A DNA stretch of 64,000 nt from positions 4,569 to 68,568 of the forward strand of contig CAYWNT010000006.1 in the NCBI GenBank assembly GCA_964459725.1, written 5' to 3'. The notes under the pieces are model-generated. The model was not told the DNA's origin, ran no database searches, and worked only from the letters and a program-made list of their open reading frames with translations. Shown one piece after another: positions 1-8,901 of the stretch. Each line of letters begins with the position of its first letter. Within the stretch, counting starts at the first letter, position 1. Made by a program: the position numbers and the translations under genes. This DNA is from an uncultured Gammaproteobacteria bacterium. Lineage in GTDB: Bacteria; Patescibacteriota; Patescibacteriia; Patescibacteriales; UBA12075.

Positions 1-1
1 A

Positions 2-1297
2 TTTAGCTTTGGCGGTATTTCTGTTTCTATACGTTTGGCTTTCTTTTTGATTATAATGTTTGTTTGGCTCGGAAAGATGATTCTCCTTTCAAAGAATAAG
101 AGAAAAGAGATGCTAGCTCTTACTAGTTTTAAAAAAACTTACTTGCCTTATCTTGGTTTTTTATTTATTTTTATAGCCTGGGGAGTTCTAGGAGGAGTGC
201 TAAATGGTAATATGCTGTCAAATATTTTTTTCGACGTCAATGGGTGGCTTTACTTTGCTTTAGTTTTTCCTTTGTACTTTACGACTCGAAAGGGGCTTCG
301 ATTCTTCTCTGACTTAAATCAGGTTTTCTGGGCGTCTATGTTGTGGGTTTCTGTTAAGACTTATTTTTTACTGTATATTTTTTCTCATAATATGATATCT
401 ATCATCCCTTCAGTTTATAAATGGGTGAGAGTGACAGGTGTGGGCGAGATCACAAAAATGGATACAGGTTTTAGTAGAATATTTTTTCAATCTCATATAT
501 ATATTTTTATTGCATTCCTGATATTGCTTTCATTTTTAATCTTTAAGAAATACAACAAGAAAGAATTGTTGTGCGGCCTTTCAGCGTTGTCAGCTTTATT
601 TGGTGTGATTTTGATAAGTTATTCGAGAAGTAACTGGGTCGGTCTTTTTTCTGCCCTAGTGTTGTTTGGTCTTTACATATTGGTACAAAAAAAATGGAAA
701 TTGTTTTTCAAAAAAATATCATTTATTTTGATTAGTTTGTTCTTCGGTGTTGTGTTTATTATCGCAGTGATTAGATTTCCAATTCCTTCTTATGACGGAG
801 TGACATTTGATCCAACAGACATAAGTGACAGAGCAGTGCAGATAAGCGGAGAGGCAGGTGTGTCCTCTAGGTGGAAATTACTTCAGCCAATGTTCGATAG
901 TATAAAAACAAATCCTATTCTTGGAAGTGGATACGGATCACTAGTTACATACTATTCTAGCGACCCAAGAGTTTTAGAGAGTGATGCTAGTGGGCGCTAT
1001 ACGACATTCTCTTTTGAGTGGGGTTGGCTTGATATCTGGTTGAAGCTTGGTATTTTTGGCTTTGGAATATATTTGCTGCTTATTTCAAAGATATTATTTA
1101 GAGAAGCTAAAGCGTTATTTTCAGTAAAAATTTTCCAAAACAAGGAAATCTACATATTTTCATTAATAATCTCACTTCTCTTGGTTTCTTTTATTAATTT
1201 TTTCAGCCCATATTTTAATCATCCTTTGGGTATTGGGTTTTTGCTTATTATTAGCTCATTTTTTGATTTTAACAAGCTATTGACTACAAAGAGTTGA
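2..1297 (+). CDS. O-antigen ligase/polymerase-like (Wzy_C-type) polytopic membrane protein; 5' end may lie outside the window
   Basis: Frame is open from nt 2 to the TGA at 1295-1297 (track ORF 35..1297 begins at TTG). Many hydrophobic spans. The SRSNWVGLFSALVLFGL segment is typical of the O-antigen ligase family. Confidence 0.7.
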   Translation, partial: FSFGGISVSIRLAFFLIIMFVWLGKMILLSKNKRKEMLALTSFKKTYLPYLGFLFIFIAWGVLGGVLNGNMLSNIFFDVNGWLYFALVFPLYFTTRKGLRFFSDLNQVFWASMLWVSVKTYFLLYIFSHNMISIIPSVYKWVRVTGVGEITKMDTGFSRIFFQSHIYIFIAFLILLSFLIFKKYNKKELLCGLSALSALFGVILISYSRSNWVGLFSALVLFGLYILVQKKWKLFFKKISFILISLFFGVVFIIAVIRFPIPSYDGVTFDPTDISDRAVQISGEAGVSSRWKLLQPMFDSIKTNPILGSGYGSLVTYYSSDPRVLESDASGRYTTFSFEWGWLDIWLKLGIFGFGIYLLLISKILFREAKALFSVKIFQNKEIYIFSLIISLLLVSFINFFSPYFNHPLGIGFLLIISSFFDFNKLLTTKS

Positions 1298-1417
1298 AAA
1301 AAAAGTACATATGTTGTATAGTAGTTATTAATTGTAAAATATTAATAGACTTGATTGCGTAGTTATTATCTCTAATGAATGATGCTAATTGTGCGCTCAA
1401 GTCTAATGAAAAAAAAT

Positions 1418-1873
1418 ATGTCAGATCAAATTATTTCACAAGAAGGATATGATAAATTAAAAGAGGATCTAGAATATTTAAAAACCACCAAGAGAAGGGA
1501 GATCGCTAACAGGATTCAGCGTGCCAAGGAGATGGGCGATCTAAGTGAGAATGCAGAATATTCAGAAGCAAAAGACGCTCAGGCTTTTAACGAAGGAAGA
1601 GTTGCCGAGATTACACAAATGCTTAAAATTGTTACTGTTGTAGAAGGTGGCAAAAGCGGAAAGATAGGAATGGGTTCTGTGGTTACAGTGAAGTCCAATG
1701 GAAAGCAAAAAATATTTACAATAGTAAGTTTTAATGAGGCTGATCCACTTGAAGGAAAAATATCCAATGAATCACCAATTGGGAGCGCACTCATAGGCAA
1801 AGAAAAGGGTGATAAAGTGGTTATAGAGCTGCCAAAGGGTCAAACTGAGTTTAAGATTACAAAAGTTGCGTAA
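1418..1873 (+). CDS. greA: Transcription elongation factor GreA
   Basis: N-terminal coiled coil with DLSENAEYSEAKDAQAFNEGRVAEI and a C-terminal GreA/B domain. Start placed at ATG 1418 (MSDQIISQEGY); the ORF opens at 1379, so the start is uncertain by up to 13 codons. Confidence 0.9.
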   Translation: MSDQIISQEGYDKLKEDLEYLKTTKRREIANRIQRAKEMGDLSENAEYSEAKDAQAFNEGRVAEITQMLKIVTVVEGGKSGKIGMGSVVTVKSNGKQKIFTIVSFNEADPLEGKISNESPIGSALIGKEKGDKVVIELPKGQTEFKITKVA

Positions 1874-2018
1874 ACTATCATTCCCTAAATCCTGGTATTA
1901 TTGCCTGTTGTATAGCAGACTAAAATATTGGAATTTGGGGTTTTTATATGCTTTACTTTTTTCTAGAAATACTTTAAAATTAAAGAATAAATTAACTAAA
2001 ATTATTAAAAAAACAAAC

Positions 2019-3494
2019 ATGGCAACAGAAAATCGCACTGAACGTGATGATCGTTTGGAAAAACTCGCCAAGCTCAAGGAGGCAGACATAAATCCGTATC
2101 CTGCTAGCGCAAAGCGAACTCACAGCGTCAGCGAAGTAAAAGACGGTTTTTCTGACCTGGAAAAACAAGAAAAAAAAATTATCGTAACTGGAAGACTCAT
2201 GAGCAAGAGAAGTCATGGTAATTTGTCTTTTGCAAATATCTTTGACGGGACAGAAAGAATACAATTAGCTTTTACAAAAAAAGACACTGGAGCAGATGAG
2301 TATAAAAAATTTGTAAAATTAATTGATGTTGGTGATTTTATTGAGGTTACTGGTAAGTGTTTTGTTACTCATAAGGGTGAGAATAGTATTCTCACCTTGT
2401 CTTATAGAATCCTTTCCAAGGCTATCCGACCTCTTCCAGAGAAGTGGCACGGGATAAAGGACGAGGATGATAGATTTAGAAAAAGATATCTTGATATATT
2501 AATGAACCCTGAGACAAGAGAGATGATAGAAAAAAGGTCAAGGTTTTGGAATAGCCTTAGAAATTTTTTAGTAAATAAGGGATTTCTGGAAGTTGAAACT
2601 CCAGCATTGGAGGTGACAGCCGGTGGTGCTGATGCCACACCTTTTATTACTCATCATAATGCTTTGGACATGGATGTGTACTTGCGAATCTCAATGGGGG
2701 AATTGTGGCAAAAGAAATTAATGACAGCAGGATTTCCTAAAACATTTGAAATTGGAAGGCAATTCAGAAATGAGGGCATGAGTCCGGAGCATTTGCAAGA
2801 CTATACTCAAATGGAGTTTTACTGGGCATACGCAGACTATGAAGACGGAATGAGCTTGGTTGAGGAGATGTATAAATATGTTGCCCAAGAGACTTTTGGC
2901 ACATTGAAGTTTAAGATTAGGGGGTTTGATGTGGATTTAGGAAAAAAATGGGAGAGATATGATTATCGCGATACAGTGCTGGAGCATACAGGTGTTGATA
3001 TTTTGAAAGCAGACTTAGTGGAAATAGAGAAAAAATTAAAAGAGCTTGGAGTAAAGTATGATAAAAAAGGTTTTAATATCACAAGAGGAATCGATAATTT
3101 ATGGAAATATTGTCGCAAAAAAATTGGCGGACCTGGATTTTTGGTTGGTGTGCCGGTGAGTGTTTCTCCGTTAGCTAAAAGAGATGACGAAAATCCTGAT
3201 ATCGCTCAACGTTTTCAGCCAATTATTGCAGGCAGCGAACTAGGAAACGGCTATAGCGAGCTCAATGATCCGCTGGACCAATTGGAGAGGTTTAACGAGC
3301 AGCAAAAACTTCGTGATGAGGGAGATGAGGAAGCGCAGATGAAGGATGTTGACTTTGTAGAGGCTCTGGAGTACGGTATGCCACCTACCTGCGGGTTTGG
3401 ACTTAGTGAAAGAGTATTTAGCTTCTTGATGGACAAGACAGCCCGAGAGTGTCAGATATTCCCCTTGATGAAGCCGAAATCACATAACTCATAA
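2019..3494 (+). CDS. lysS: Lysyl-tRNA synthetase, class II
   Basis: N-terminal OB-fold region followed by a class II core (FRNEGMSPEHLQDYTQMEFYWAYADY, GFGLSERVFSF). Start at ATG 2019 (MATENRTERDDRLEKL). The 51 upstream codons of the track ORF look like non-coding leader. Confidence 0.92.
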   Translation: MATENRTERDDRLEKLAKLKEADINPYPASAKRTHSVSEVKDGFSDLEKQEKKIIVTGRLMSKRSHGNLSFANIFDGTERIQLAFTKKDTGADEYKKFVKLIDVGDFIEVTGKCFVTHKGENSILTLSYRILSKAIRPLPEKWHGIKDEDDRFRKRYLDILMNPETREMIEKRSRFWNSLRNFLVNKGFLEVETPALEVTAGGADATPFITHHNALDMDVYLRISMGELWQKKLMTAGFPKTFEIGRQFRNEGMSPEHLQDYTQMEFYWAYADYEDGMSLVEEMYKYVAQETFGTLKFKIRGFDVDLGKKWERYDYRDTVLEHTGVDILKADLVEIEKKLKELGVKYDKKGFNITRGIDNLWKYCRKKIGGPGFLVGVPVSVSPLAKRDDENPDIAQRFQPIIAGSELGNGYSELNDPLDQLERFNEQQKLRDEGDEEAQMKDVDFVEALEYGMPPTCGFGLSERVFSFLMDKTARECQIFPLMKPKSHNS

Positions 3495-3559
3495 CACATA
3501 ACACCCGCTAATACGGCGGGCAGGCCCTCCTGAGCGGCGGGCAAGCATAACTCATAACA
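3481..3559. repeat. Composite intergenic repeat: CATAACN heptamers flanking a GC-rich core
   Basis: cacataactcataacacataaca (3481-3503, overlapping the lysS stop), then GC core cccgctaatacggcgggcaggccctcctgagcggcgggc (3504-3542), then cataactcataaca (3546-3559). The 24-mer cacataactcataacacataacac recurs at 38616-38639. The core matches 49204-49234. Confidence 0.8.
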
Positions 3560-3562
3560 AAT

Positions 3563-3934
3563 ATGGGAATTAAGATTGAATGCAATCCGGATTTGGCGCT
3601 TAGAAATATTTCTGAGTTTAAAAACGGGAATAGAAAAAAAGAAGAGTGTATTCCAGAGATAATAAAGGCTGGGGAAGTTTATGACTTTTTAAAAAGTGAT
3701 CAGAGAAACTATATGTTTCGAAAAGAAATCCCGTTAGTTGAAACTCTTGGAAACGAGAATATCTCAAGGCCGAAAGCAGGTATTTTAATGCTTGAGGCTA
3801 CACATTTTTTAGAGGATGGAAAGATGTATACAAGAGGCAAATACAAGGTGTTGGATGTATTTTTTGATGACAAGATTCACTTTGAAAGTCATGATAGGGT
3901 AGGCGAAAGAGAATCAGCACCCTCGTCCCTTTAG
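3563..3934 (+). CDS. Hypothetical protein (123 aa)
   Basis: Clean ORF between lysS and serS on the same strand. No family recognised. Confidence 0.6.
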   Translation: MGIKIECNPDLALRNISEFKNGNRKKEECIPEIIKAGEVYDFLKSDQRNYMFRKEIPLVETLGNENISRPKAGILMLEATHFLEDGKMYTRGKYKVLDVFFDDKIHFESHDRVGERESAPSSL

Positions 3935-3942
3935 GGGTGCTG
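3915..3942 (+). terminator. Stem-loop at the end of the 123-aa gene (no U-tract)
   Basis: cagcaccc (3915-3922) pairs with gggtgctg (3935-3942). It is followed by an A-run rather than a T-run, so terminator function is uncertain. Confidence 0.35.
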
Positions 3943-3952
3943 AAAAAATATT

Positions 3953-3987
3953 CTTAAATCATAAATCGTTAATCATAAATCATTAAA
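3953..3987. repeat. Heptamer array directly upstream of serS
   Basis: cttaaat cataaat cgttaat cataaat cattaaa, i.e. five tandem 7-mers ending 4 nt before the serS ATG. Related to the CATAACN arrays at 3481 and 38618. Confidence 0.7.
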
Positions 3988-3991
3988 TTAT

Positions 3992-5308
3992 ATGTTAGAC
4001 ATTAAATACATCAGGGACAATGCCGAAAAAATTAAAGAAGCGGCAAAAAATAAAAATATAAACATTGATATTGATCAGTTGCTCGAAATTGATAGCAAGA
4101 GAAGAGAGGCTCAAACCAAGATCGATGAGCTTCGTGCTAAGCGAAATGAGCTAGCTCAGGCCGCCAAGGGAGGTAGGCCGACTGAAGAGCAAATTGCTGA
4201 AGGTAAGAAAGTAAAAGAAGAAATTTCAAATATTGAGGAAGGCTATAAAAAGATCGAAGAAGATTATTTGGCCTTAATGGTGAAAGTCCCAACTATTCCG
4301 TCAGATGATACCCCTGTGGGGAAAGATGAATCTGGAAACATTGAAGCTGAAAAATGGGGTGAGCCGACGAAATTTAACTTTACACCGAAAAGCCATATCG
4401 AAATTGCCAAAGATCTTGATTTGCTTGATTTTGAAAGGGGAGTGAAAGTAGCAGGTTATAGAGGGTATTACGTAAAAAATGAAGCCGCAAGTCTACAAAT
4501 GGCCCTGATGATGTATGCTCTTGAAAGATTAATCGCCAAAGGTTTTACTCCAATGATTCCTCCGACTTTGATACGTGAATTTGCGCTTTTTGGAAGTGGA
4601 TATTTCTCAGGCAAGCAGTTTGATTCAGATGTGGATGAGATTTATAAAATTGAAAACGTTAACAAGGATGCAGAAGGCAAAGCTGTGAAGGAGAATAAGT
4701 TTCTGGTAGGAACAGCAGAGCCATCACTTCTGGCTTATTATTCTGGTGAAGTTTTAGACGAAAGTCAGTTGCCTCTCAAATTATGTGGTTTCTCACCATG
4801 CTATAGGAGTGAGATTGGGAGTTATGGTAAGGACACCAAGGGTCTATACAGAGTACATGAGTTTATGAAAGTAGAGCAGGTGTGTATGACCAAAAACAAT
4901 ATCGAAGATTCTAATAAGATGCATTTAGAAATGGTCGAAATATCTAAAGAGCTTCATGAAGAGTTGAATATTCCTTACAGAGTGTTAAGTATTTGTACTG
5001 GGGACATGAGTGCCGGGAAATACAAAATGTTTGATCTCGAAGCTTGGATGCCTAGTAGAGAGGGGTATGGCGAGACTGGGTCTGCCTCTAATTTTGTTGA
5101 CTGGCAATCACGCCGACTAAATGTTAAATACAAGGATGGTGATGGGAGCAAAAATTTTGTTCATATGATTAATAATACGGCTATCCCATCTCCAAGATTT
5201 ATAATAGCGATATTGGAAAATTATCAGCAAGAAGATGGTAGCGTTGTGGTTCCTGAGCCACTAAGAAAATATATGCCAGGAAACATGGAGATTATTAGAA
5301 AAAAATAA
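3992..5308 (+). CDS. serS: Seryl-tRNA synthetase
   Basis: N-terminal long coiled-coil arm (MLDIKYIRDN...ELRAKRNELAQ) and a class II core (CYRSEIGSYGKDTKGLYRVHEF, TAIPSPRFIIAILENYQ). Confidence 0.93.
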   Translation: MLDIKYIRDNAEKIKEAAKNKNINIDIDQLLEIDSKRREAQTKIDELRAKRNELAQAAKGGRPTEEQIAEGKKVKEEISNIEEGYKKIEEDYLALMVKVPTIPSDDTPVGKDESGNIEAEKWGEPTKFNFTPKSHIEIAKDLDLLDFERGVKVAGYRGYYVKNEAASLQMALMMYALERLIAKGFTPMIPPTLIREFALFGSGYFSGKQFDSDVDEIYKIENVNKDAEGKAVKENKFLVGTAEPSLLAYYSGEVLDESQLPLKLCGFSPCYRSEIGSYGKDTKGLYRVHEFMKVEQVCMTKNNIEDSNKMHLEMVEISKELHEELNIPYRVLSICTGDMSAGKYKMFDLEAWMPSREGYGETGSASNFVDWQSRRLNVKYKDGDGSKNFVHMINNTAIPSPRFIIAILENYQQEDGSVVVPEPLRKYMPGNMEIIRKK

Positions 5309-5329
5309 AGACCGACATGGCCGGTCTTT
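5307..5329. terminator. Bidirectional stem-loop between serS and the convergent small ORF
   Basis: aaagaccg (5307-5314) pairs with cggtcttt (5322-5329). A/T runs form part of both arms. Confidence 0.6.
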
Positions 5330-5356
5330 ATGTGGTTGTTTTTAGGTATTATTACC

Positions 5357-5533
5357 TTACCTTGAAGAATGTAGTATTCCCATATAGGAATCGGCGGTTG
5401 AGGAATTTCTAGTTGAGTTATCGCATTGACCTTGTGGTAAGCTTATTTTTCCACCTTTTGGTGGTTCCTTTTCACTAGCAGTCTTTTCAGCGCTACTAAT
5501 GTTTGAACTATTCTTTTCTTTGGCGCCAGGCAT
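5357..5533 (-). CDS. Small hypothetical protein (58 aa), Shine-Dalgarno-led
   Basis: Below the ORF-track cutoff. Minus-strand ATG (5531-5533) is preceded by aaaggagaatgtc. Translation is MPGAKEKNSSNISSAEKTASEKEPPKGGKISLPQGQCDNSTRNSSTADSYMGILHSSR, which is low-complexity. Confidence 0.4.
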   Translation of the reverse strand: MPGAKEKNSSNISSAEKTASEKEPPKGGKISLPQGQCDNSTRNSSTADSYMGILHSSR

Positions 5534-5688
5534 GACATTCTCCTTTGTTTTTGTTGTTGTCCTTGGTCCGTGAGGGTGTTATACTTCTTTTTTAAAATTT
5601 TAAATTTTACGCATTTTCCCGTTGAACAACCAGGGTCGAATGATTTTTCATTCTATCTTATTATATTATTAATTACCATATTCTGTCA

Positions 5689-6849
5689 ATGGATTTTCCA
5701 AGAACAAAAAATCTCAGACTATCAGTAATAAAAAAAATAGAACTCGAAGCCAGCAAATACCCTGATGTTATCTCTCTCGCGCAGGGTATTCCAAGTTTTG
5801 ACACTCCACCCGGCATTAAACGTAGAGCTGAAAATGCCCTAAGGAGGGGAGTGGTGGCTAAATACTCGCTTTCTCCCGGACTCAAGGAGCTCAGGGAGTT
5901 GATTGAGCTTAATCTGGCCCTGGATAACATGTATTATGATTGGCAAAATGAGATCATAGTTACTGCCGGATCAATCCAAGCAATTACAGCGACCATCCTG
6001 GCACTCACTTCCGCTGGAGATGAGATAATCATACCAGAGCCTACCTACACCTCTTATCGCGAGGTAATAACCCTGGCGGGATGTAAGCCTGTTTATGTTT
6101 CTTTACATGAGGAGAGTGATTGGTCGTTTGATTTGGACAGTTTTGAAAAAGCAATTACTCCTAAAACCAAGGCAATATTTTATTGTAATCCAAATAATCC
6201 CACAGGGACGGTGTATTCCAAGGAGCAGTTGATTGGACTTGCTGAATTGGCGCGAAAACATAGCCTCTATTTAATATCTGACGAGGTGTATAAGGATTTT
6301 ATATTTGATGATGATCAAAAAATATTTAGCCTGGCTGAAATTCCTGAGTACAGAGATATGGTGGTCAGGATTTTTAGTTTTTCCAAAGCATACGCCATGA
6401 CCGGCTGGAGAGTTGGTTATTTGCACACGGATGAGAGAATAGCCAGAGAGATTCTAAAAGTGCACGATAGTTTAGTTACTTGCGCTCCGGTCATTTCTCA
6501 GTACGCTGCCATGGGCGCTCTTGAAATGGGAGAAGAGGATGTGCGAAAGTACAACAAGGAGTATCGCAAAAGAAGAGATCTGATATGCCAAAGACTTGAT
6601 GAGTTGGATGATTATTTTGAATATGTCAGACCAGAGAGTTCATATTTTGTTTTCCCTCGTGTAAAAGAAAAAGGAATAAGTTCTGAAGATTTTTCCTACA
6701 AATTATTACGCGAAGCCCATGTCGCTGTGGTGCCGGGGGTTGCTTTTGGTCCTAATGGTGAAGGCCATGTAAGAATGAATTTTGGAAAAAGTGAGGACGA
6801 AATTAATAACGCTTTTGAGCGAATTGGGAGATTTTTTAAAGCAAAATAG
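5689..6849 (+). CDS. Pyridoxal-phosphate-dependent aminotransferase, class I/II (aspartate aminotransferase-like)
   Basis: Fold-type I motifs: CNPNNPTG, SDEVY, and the SFSKAYAMTGWRVGY PLP-lysine motif. 386 aa. Confidence 0.88.
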   Translation: MDFPRTKNLRLSVIKKIELEASKYPDVISLAQGIPSFDTPPGIKRRAENALRRGVVAKYSLSPGLKELRELIELNLALDNMYYDWQNEIIVTAGSIQAITATILALTSAGDEIIIPEPTYTSYREVITLAGCKPVYVSLHEESDWSFDLDSFEKAITPKTKAIFYCNPNNPTGTVYSKEQLIGLAELARKHSLYLISDEVYKDFIFDDDQKIFSLAEIPEYRDMVVRIFSFSKAYAMTGWRVGYLHTDERIAREILKVHDSLVTCAPVISQYAAMGALEMGEEDVRKYNKEYRKRRDLICQRLDELDDYFEYVRPESSYFVFPRVKEKGISSEDFSYKLLREAHVAVVPGVAFGPNGEGHVRMNFGKSEDEINNAFERIGRFFKAK

Positions 6850-6852
6850 ACT

Positions 6853-7587
6853 ATGAAGTTGATATTTAAAACAATTCTAAAATACTACTTGAAGTTTCTG
6901 GTCAGATTGACTGTTTTTGTGCACAGACCAAAAATTATTGCCATCGCCGGAACTGAAAATAAAACATTTATTAAAAATGATATTTTAGAAACTTTAAAAA
7001 ACAAGGGGGTTAGCGCTAGAGGACATAAAAAAAGCTTCAATACTGAGATTGGTTTGCCTCTAGCTATATTAAATTTGCCTAGTGGTTATAATTTTTATAA
7101 AAAATGGCTACCAATAATTTTCAAGGCTCCTGGTGTTTTATTTTCTAAATTTCCCAAATATTTAGTTTTGGAGTTTGGTGTTTCTGATCCAGGAGATATG
7201 AAATATTTATTGTCCCTTATTAGGCCACAAGTAGTGATTGTTGGGGAAATTACACAGAGATATCTGGATAGTTTTTCTGGTATGGACAAGGTAACAGATG
7301 AGTATCGTTACTTGGTGAAAAGTGTGCCTCGTAATGGGATCGTGATATTTAACACTGACAATAAAAAAATTAAAGAACTTATTAAGGACGCCAGGGCGAG
7401 AAAGGTTTTGGTGGGGGTAGGTGATGGAGTTGATATTAAGGCTGAGGATATTATAAAAACTGCAACCGGGCAGAAATTTAAAATCAAGAAAAAGGGTGAT
7501 GAAAGAGAGGTGAGTATAGGAAAATTTGGACTTCATCATGTGTATTCATATTTAATTTCTGAAGCGATAAATAAATATGTTGACTAA
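6853..7587 (+). CDS. Truncated, divergent Mur ligase (MurF-like central domain only)
   Basis: IIAIAGTENKTFIK...FNTEIGLPLAILNL resembles MurF (GSNGKTT...NNxIGxPLTLL). However it is only 244 aa, lacks the N- and C-terminal domains, and has an altered P-loop (GTENKT). Confidence 0.55.
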   Translation: MKLIFKTILKYYLKFLVRLTVFVHRPKIIAIAGTENKTFIKNDILETLKNKGVSARGHKKSFNTEIGLPLAILNLPSGYNFYKKWLPIIFKAPGVLFSKFPKYLVLEFGVSDPGDMKYLLSLIRPQVVIVGEITQRYLDSFSGMDKVTDEYRYLVKSVPRNGIVIFNTDNKKIKELIKDARARKVLVGVGDGVDIKAEDIIKTATGQKFKIKKKGDEREVSIGKFGLHHVYSYLISEAINKYVD

Positions 7588-8440
7588 GGGCAAAAGAAAA
7601 ATTAGAAAAAAGGGGAGAATGAGCTATGGCTCAAATAATTATTTAAATCCATTTTTCGCAAAAAAGGGAAATAAAATAAATTCTACCACTCTATCCATAC
7701 CGAAAAAAGCTAAGATAGTTTCGTCGATTGTGTTATTGGTGATTTTAGCTTTGTTTATATTTTTATTTTATTCTAGTTACTTTAGAATAAAAAATATTGA
7801 AGTTGAGGGTCAGGGCAATATTGACGATGGAGTTATACAAAAACTGGCCTGGGAGCAAATAAATGGTAATTTTTTTGTATTCTTGCCGCAGAAGAGTATA
7901 AATTTATTTAGCAAATCAAGACTCAGGAGAAATTTGACTGATAAATATTATTTTGACGAGTTAAGCATTGAGAAGGTGTATCCGGATGTCATAAGGATAG
8001 AATATATTGAGAAAAAATATTCTCTTGTCTGGTGTGAGGATGATGTCTATTATTACGCGGATGATGATGGAATTCTACTTTCTGAGGCTAATCTTTTGGA
8101 GATTAATTATAATGACTACCCGGTCGTTGAGAATAAAAGTAGCTTGAAACGCGCCAATCACGAGGCACAAGTAAGTCAGAGTTATATAAAGTATGCTAGA
8201 GAGTTATTCGAGGAATTTAAAAATACAGACATTGTGATTCAGAAATACATAATTGACAATGATGTAAATATTGTTAAAGCCAAGGTTGAGAATGGTCCGC
8301 TTATTTTCTTTAATATCAATGGAGATGTGAAAAAACAGATTGAAAAGCTGGTGATTATAAGAGATGAAAAGTTCAAGGAGAGGTTTAATGAAAAAGAATA
8401 CATAGATGTTAGTGTTGGGGATAGTGTTTATTATAAATAG
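7577..8440 (+). CDS. FtsQ/DivIB-like cell-division protein (TM anchor plus POTRA domain)
   Basis: Basic N-terminus, one TM span, then FRIKNIEVEGQGNIDDGVIQ...YPDVIRIEYIEKKYSLVW, typical of the FtsQ-type POTRA domain. An alternative start is ATG 7619. Confidence 0.7.
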   Translation: MLTKGKRKIRKKGRMSYGSNNYLNPFFAKKGNKINSTTLSIPKKAKIVSSIVLLVILALFIFLFYSSYFRIKNIEVEGQGNIDDGVIQKLAWEQINGNFFVFLPQKSINLFSKSRLRRNLTDKYYFDELSIEKVYPDVIRIEYIEKKYSLVWCEDDVYYYADDDGILLSEANLLEINYNDYPVVENKSSLKRANHEAQVSQSYIKYARELFEEFKNTDIVIQKYIIDNDVNIVKAKVENGPLIFFNINGDVKKQIEKLVIIRDEKFKERFNEKEYIDVSVGDSVYYK

Positions 8441-8510
8441 TTTTTGACTTATTCTATTGCTTTTTTTGAAATATTGTTATAATATGCCAATATTATAAAG
8501 TGGTAAAAAT

Positions 8511-8675
8511 ATGTCTCAAACAATTTTTAAATTATTTTTCTTTTCGGCTCTAATGGTCTTTTGCGTGCTGATAGTGGGTGTATTTTTAGTATTTGTTAAA
8601 ATTGGACTATTGTTTTATCCTGACATTTCTATCATGGGAGTGTCATTTGCCCAGGAAATTTCAGCCGCTTACTAA
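8511..8675 (+). CDS. Small hydrophobic protein (54 aa), hypothetical
   Basis: ATG 8511 to TAA 8673-8675. MSQTIFKLFFFSALMVFCVLIVGVFLVFVKIGLLFYPDISIMGVSFAQEISAAY. An extended -10-like tgttataat lies at 8475-8483. Below the track cutoff. Confidence 0.35.
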   Translation: MSQTIFKLFFFSALMVFCVLIVGVFLVFVKIGLLFYPDISIMGVSFAQEISAAY

Positions 8676-8901
8676 GCGTTTTAGCCAGTATTTTGCGAGG
8701 TTTAATTAAGGTGGAATTGCGATTAAGCCTTTCTATTCGTGCCCATATTTTTAATGTGGGTTTTTTTCTTGATTAATTATAATATTTTTGCTATTATAAC
8801 CAAAAAACCATAAATTTATTTGTTGCATTTAATAGAACATCGATATCTGAAAAGTTATTGGTGTATTTTTAGATTTTGTTGAATGTGGCTAATCGTGATA
8901 A

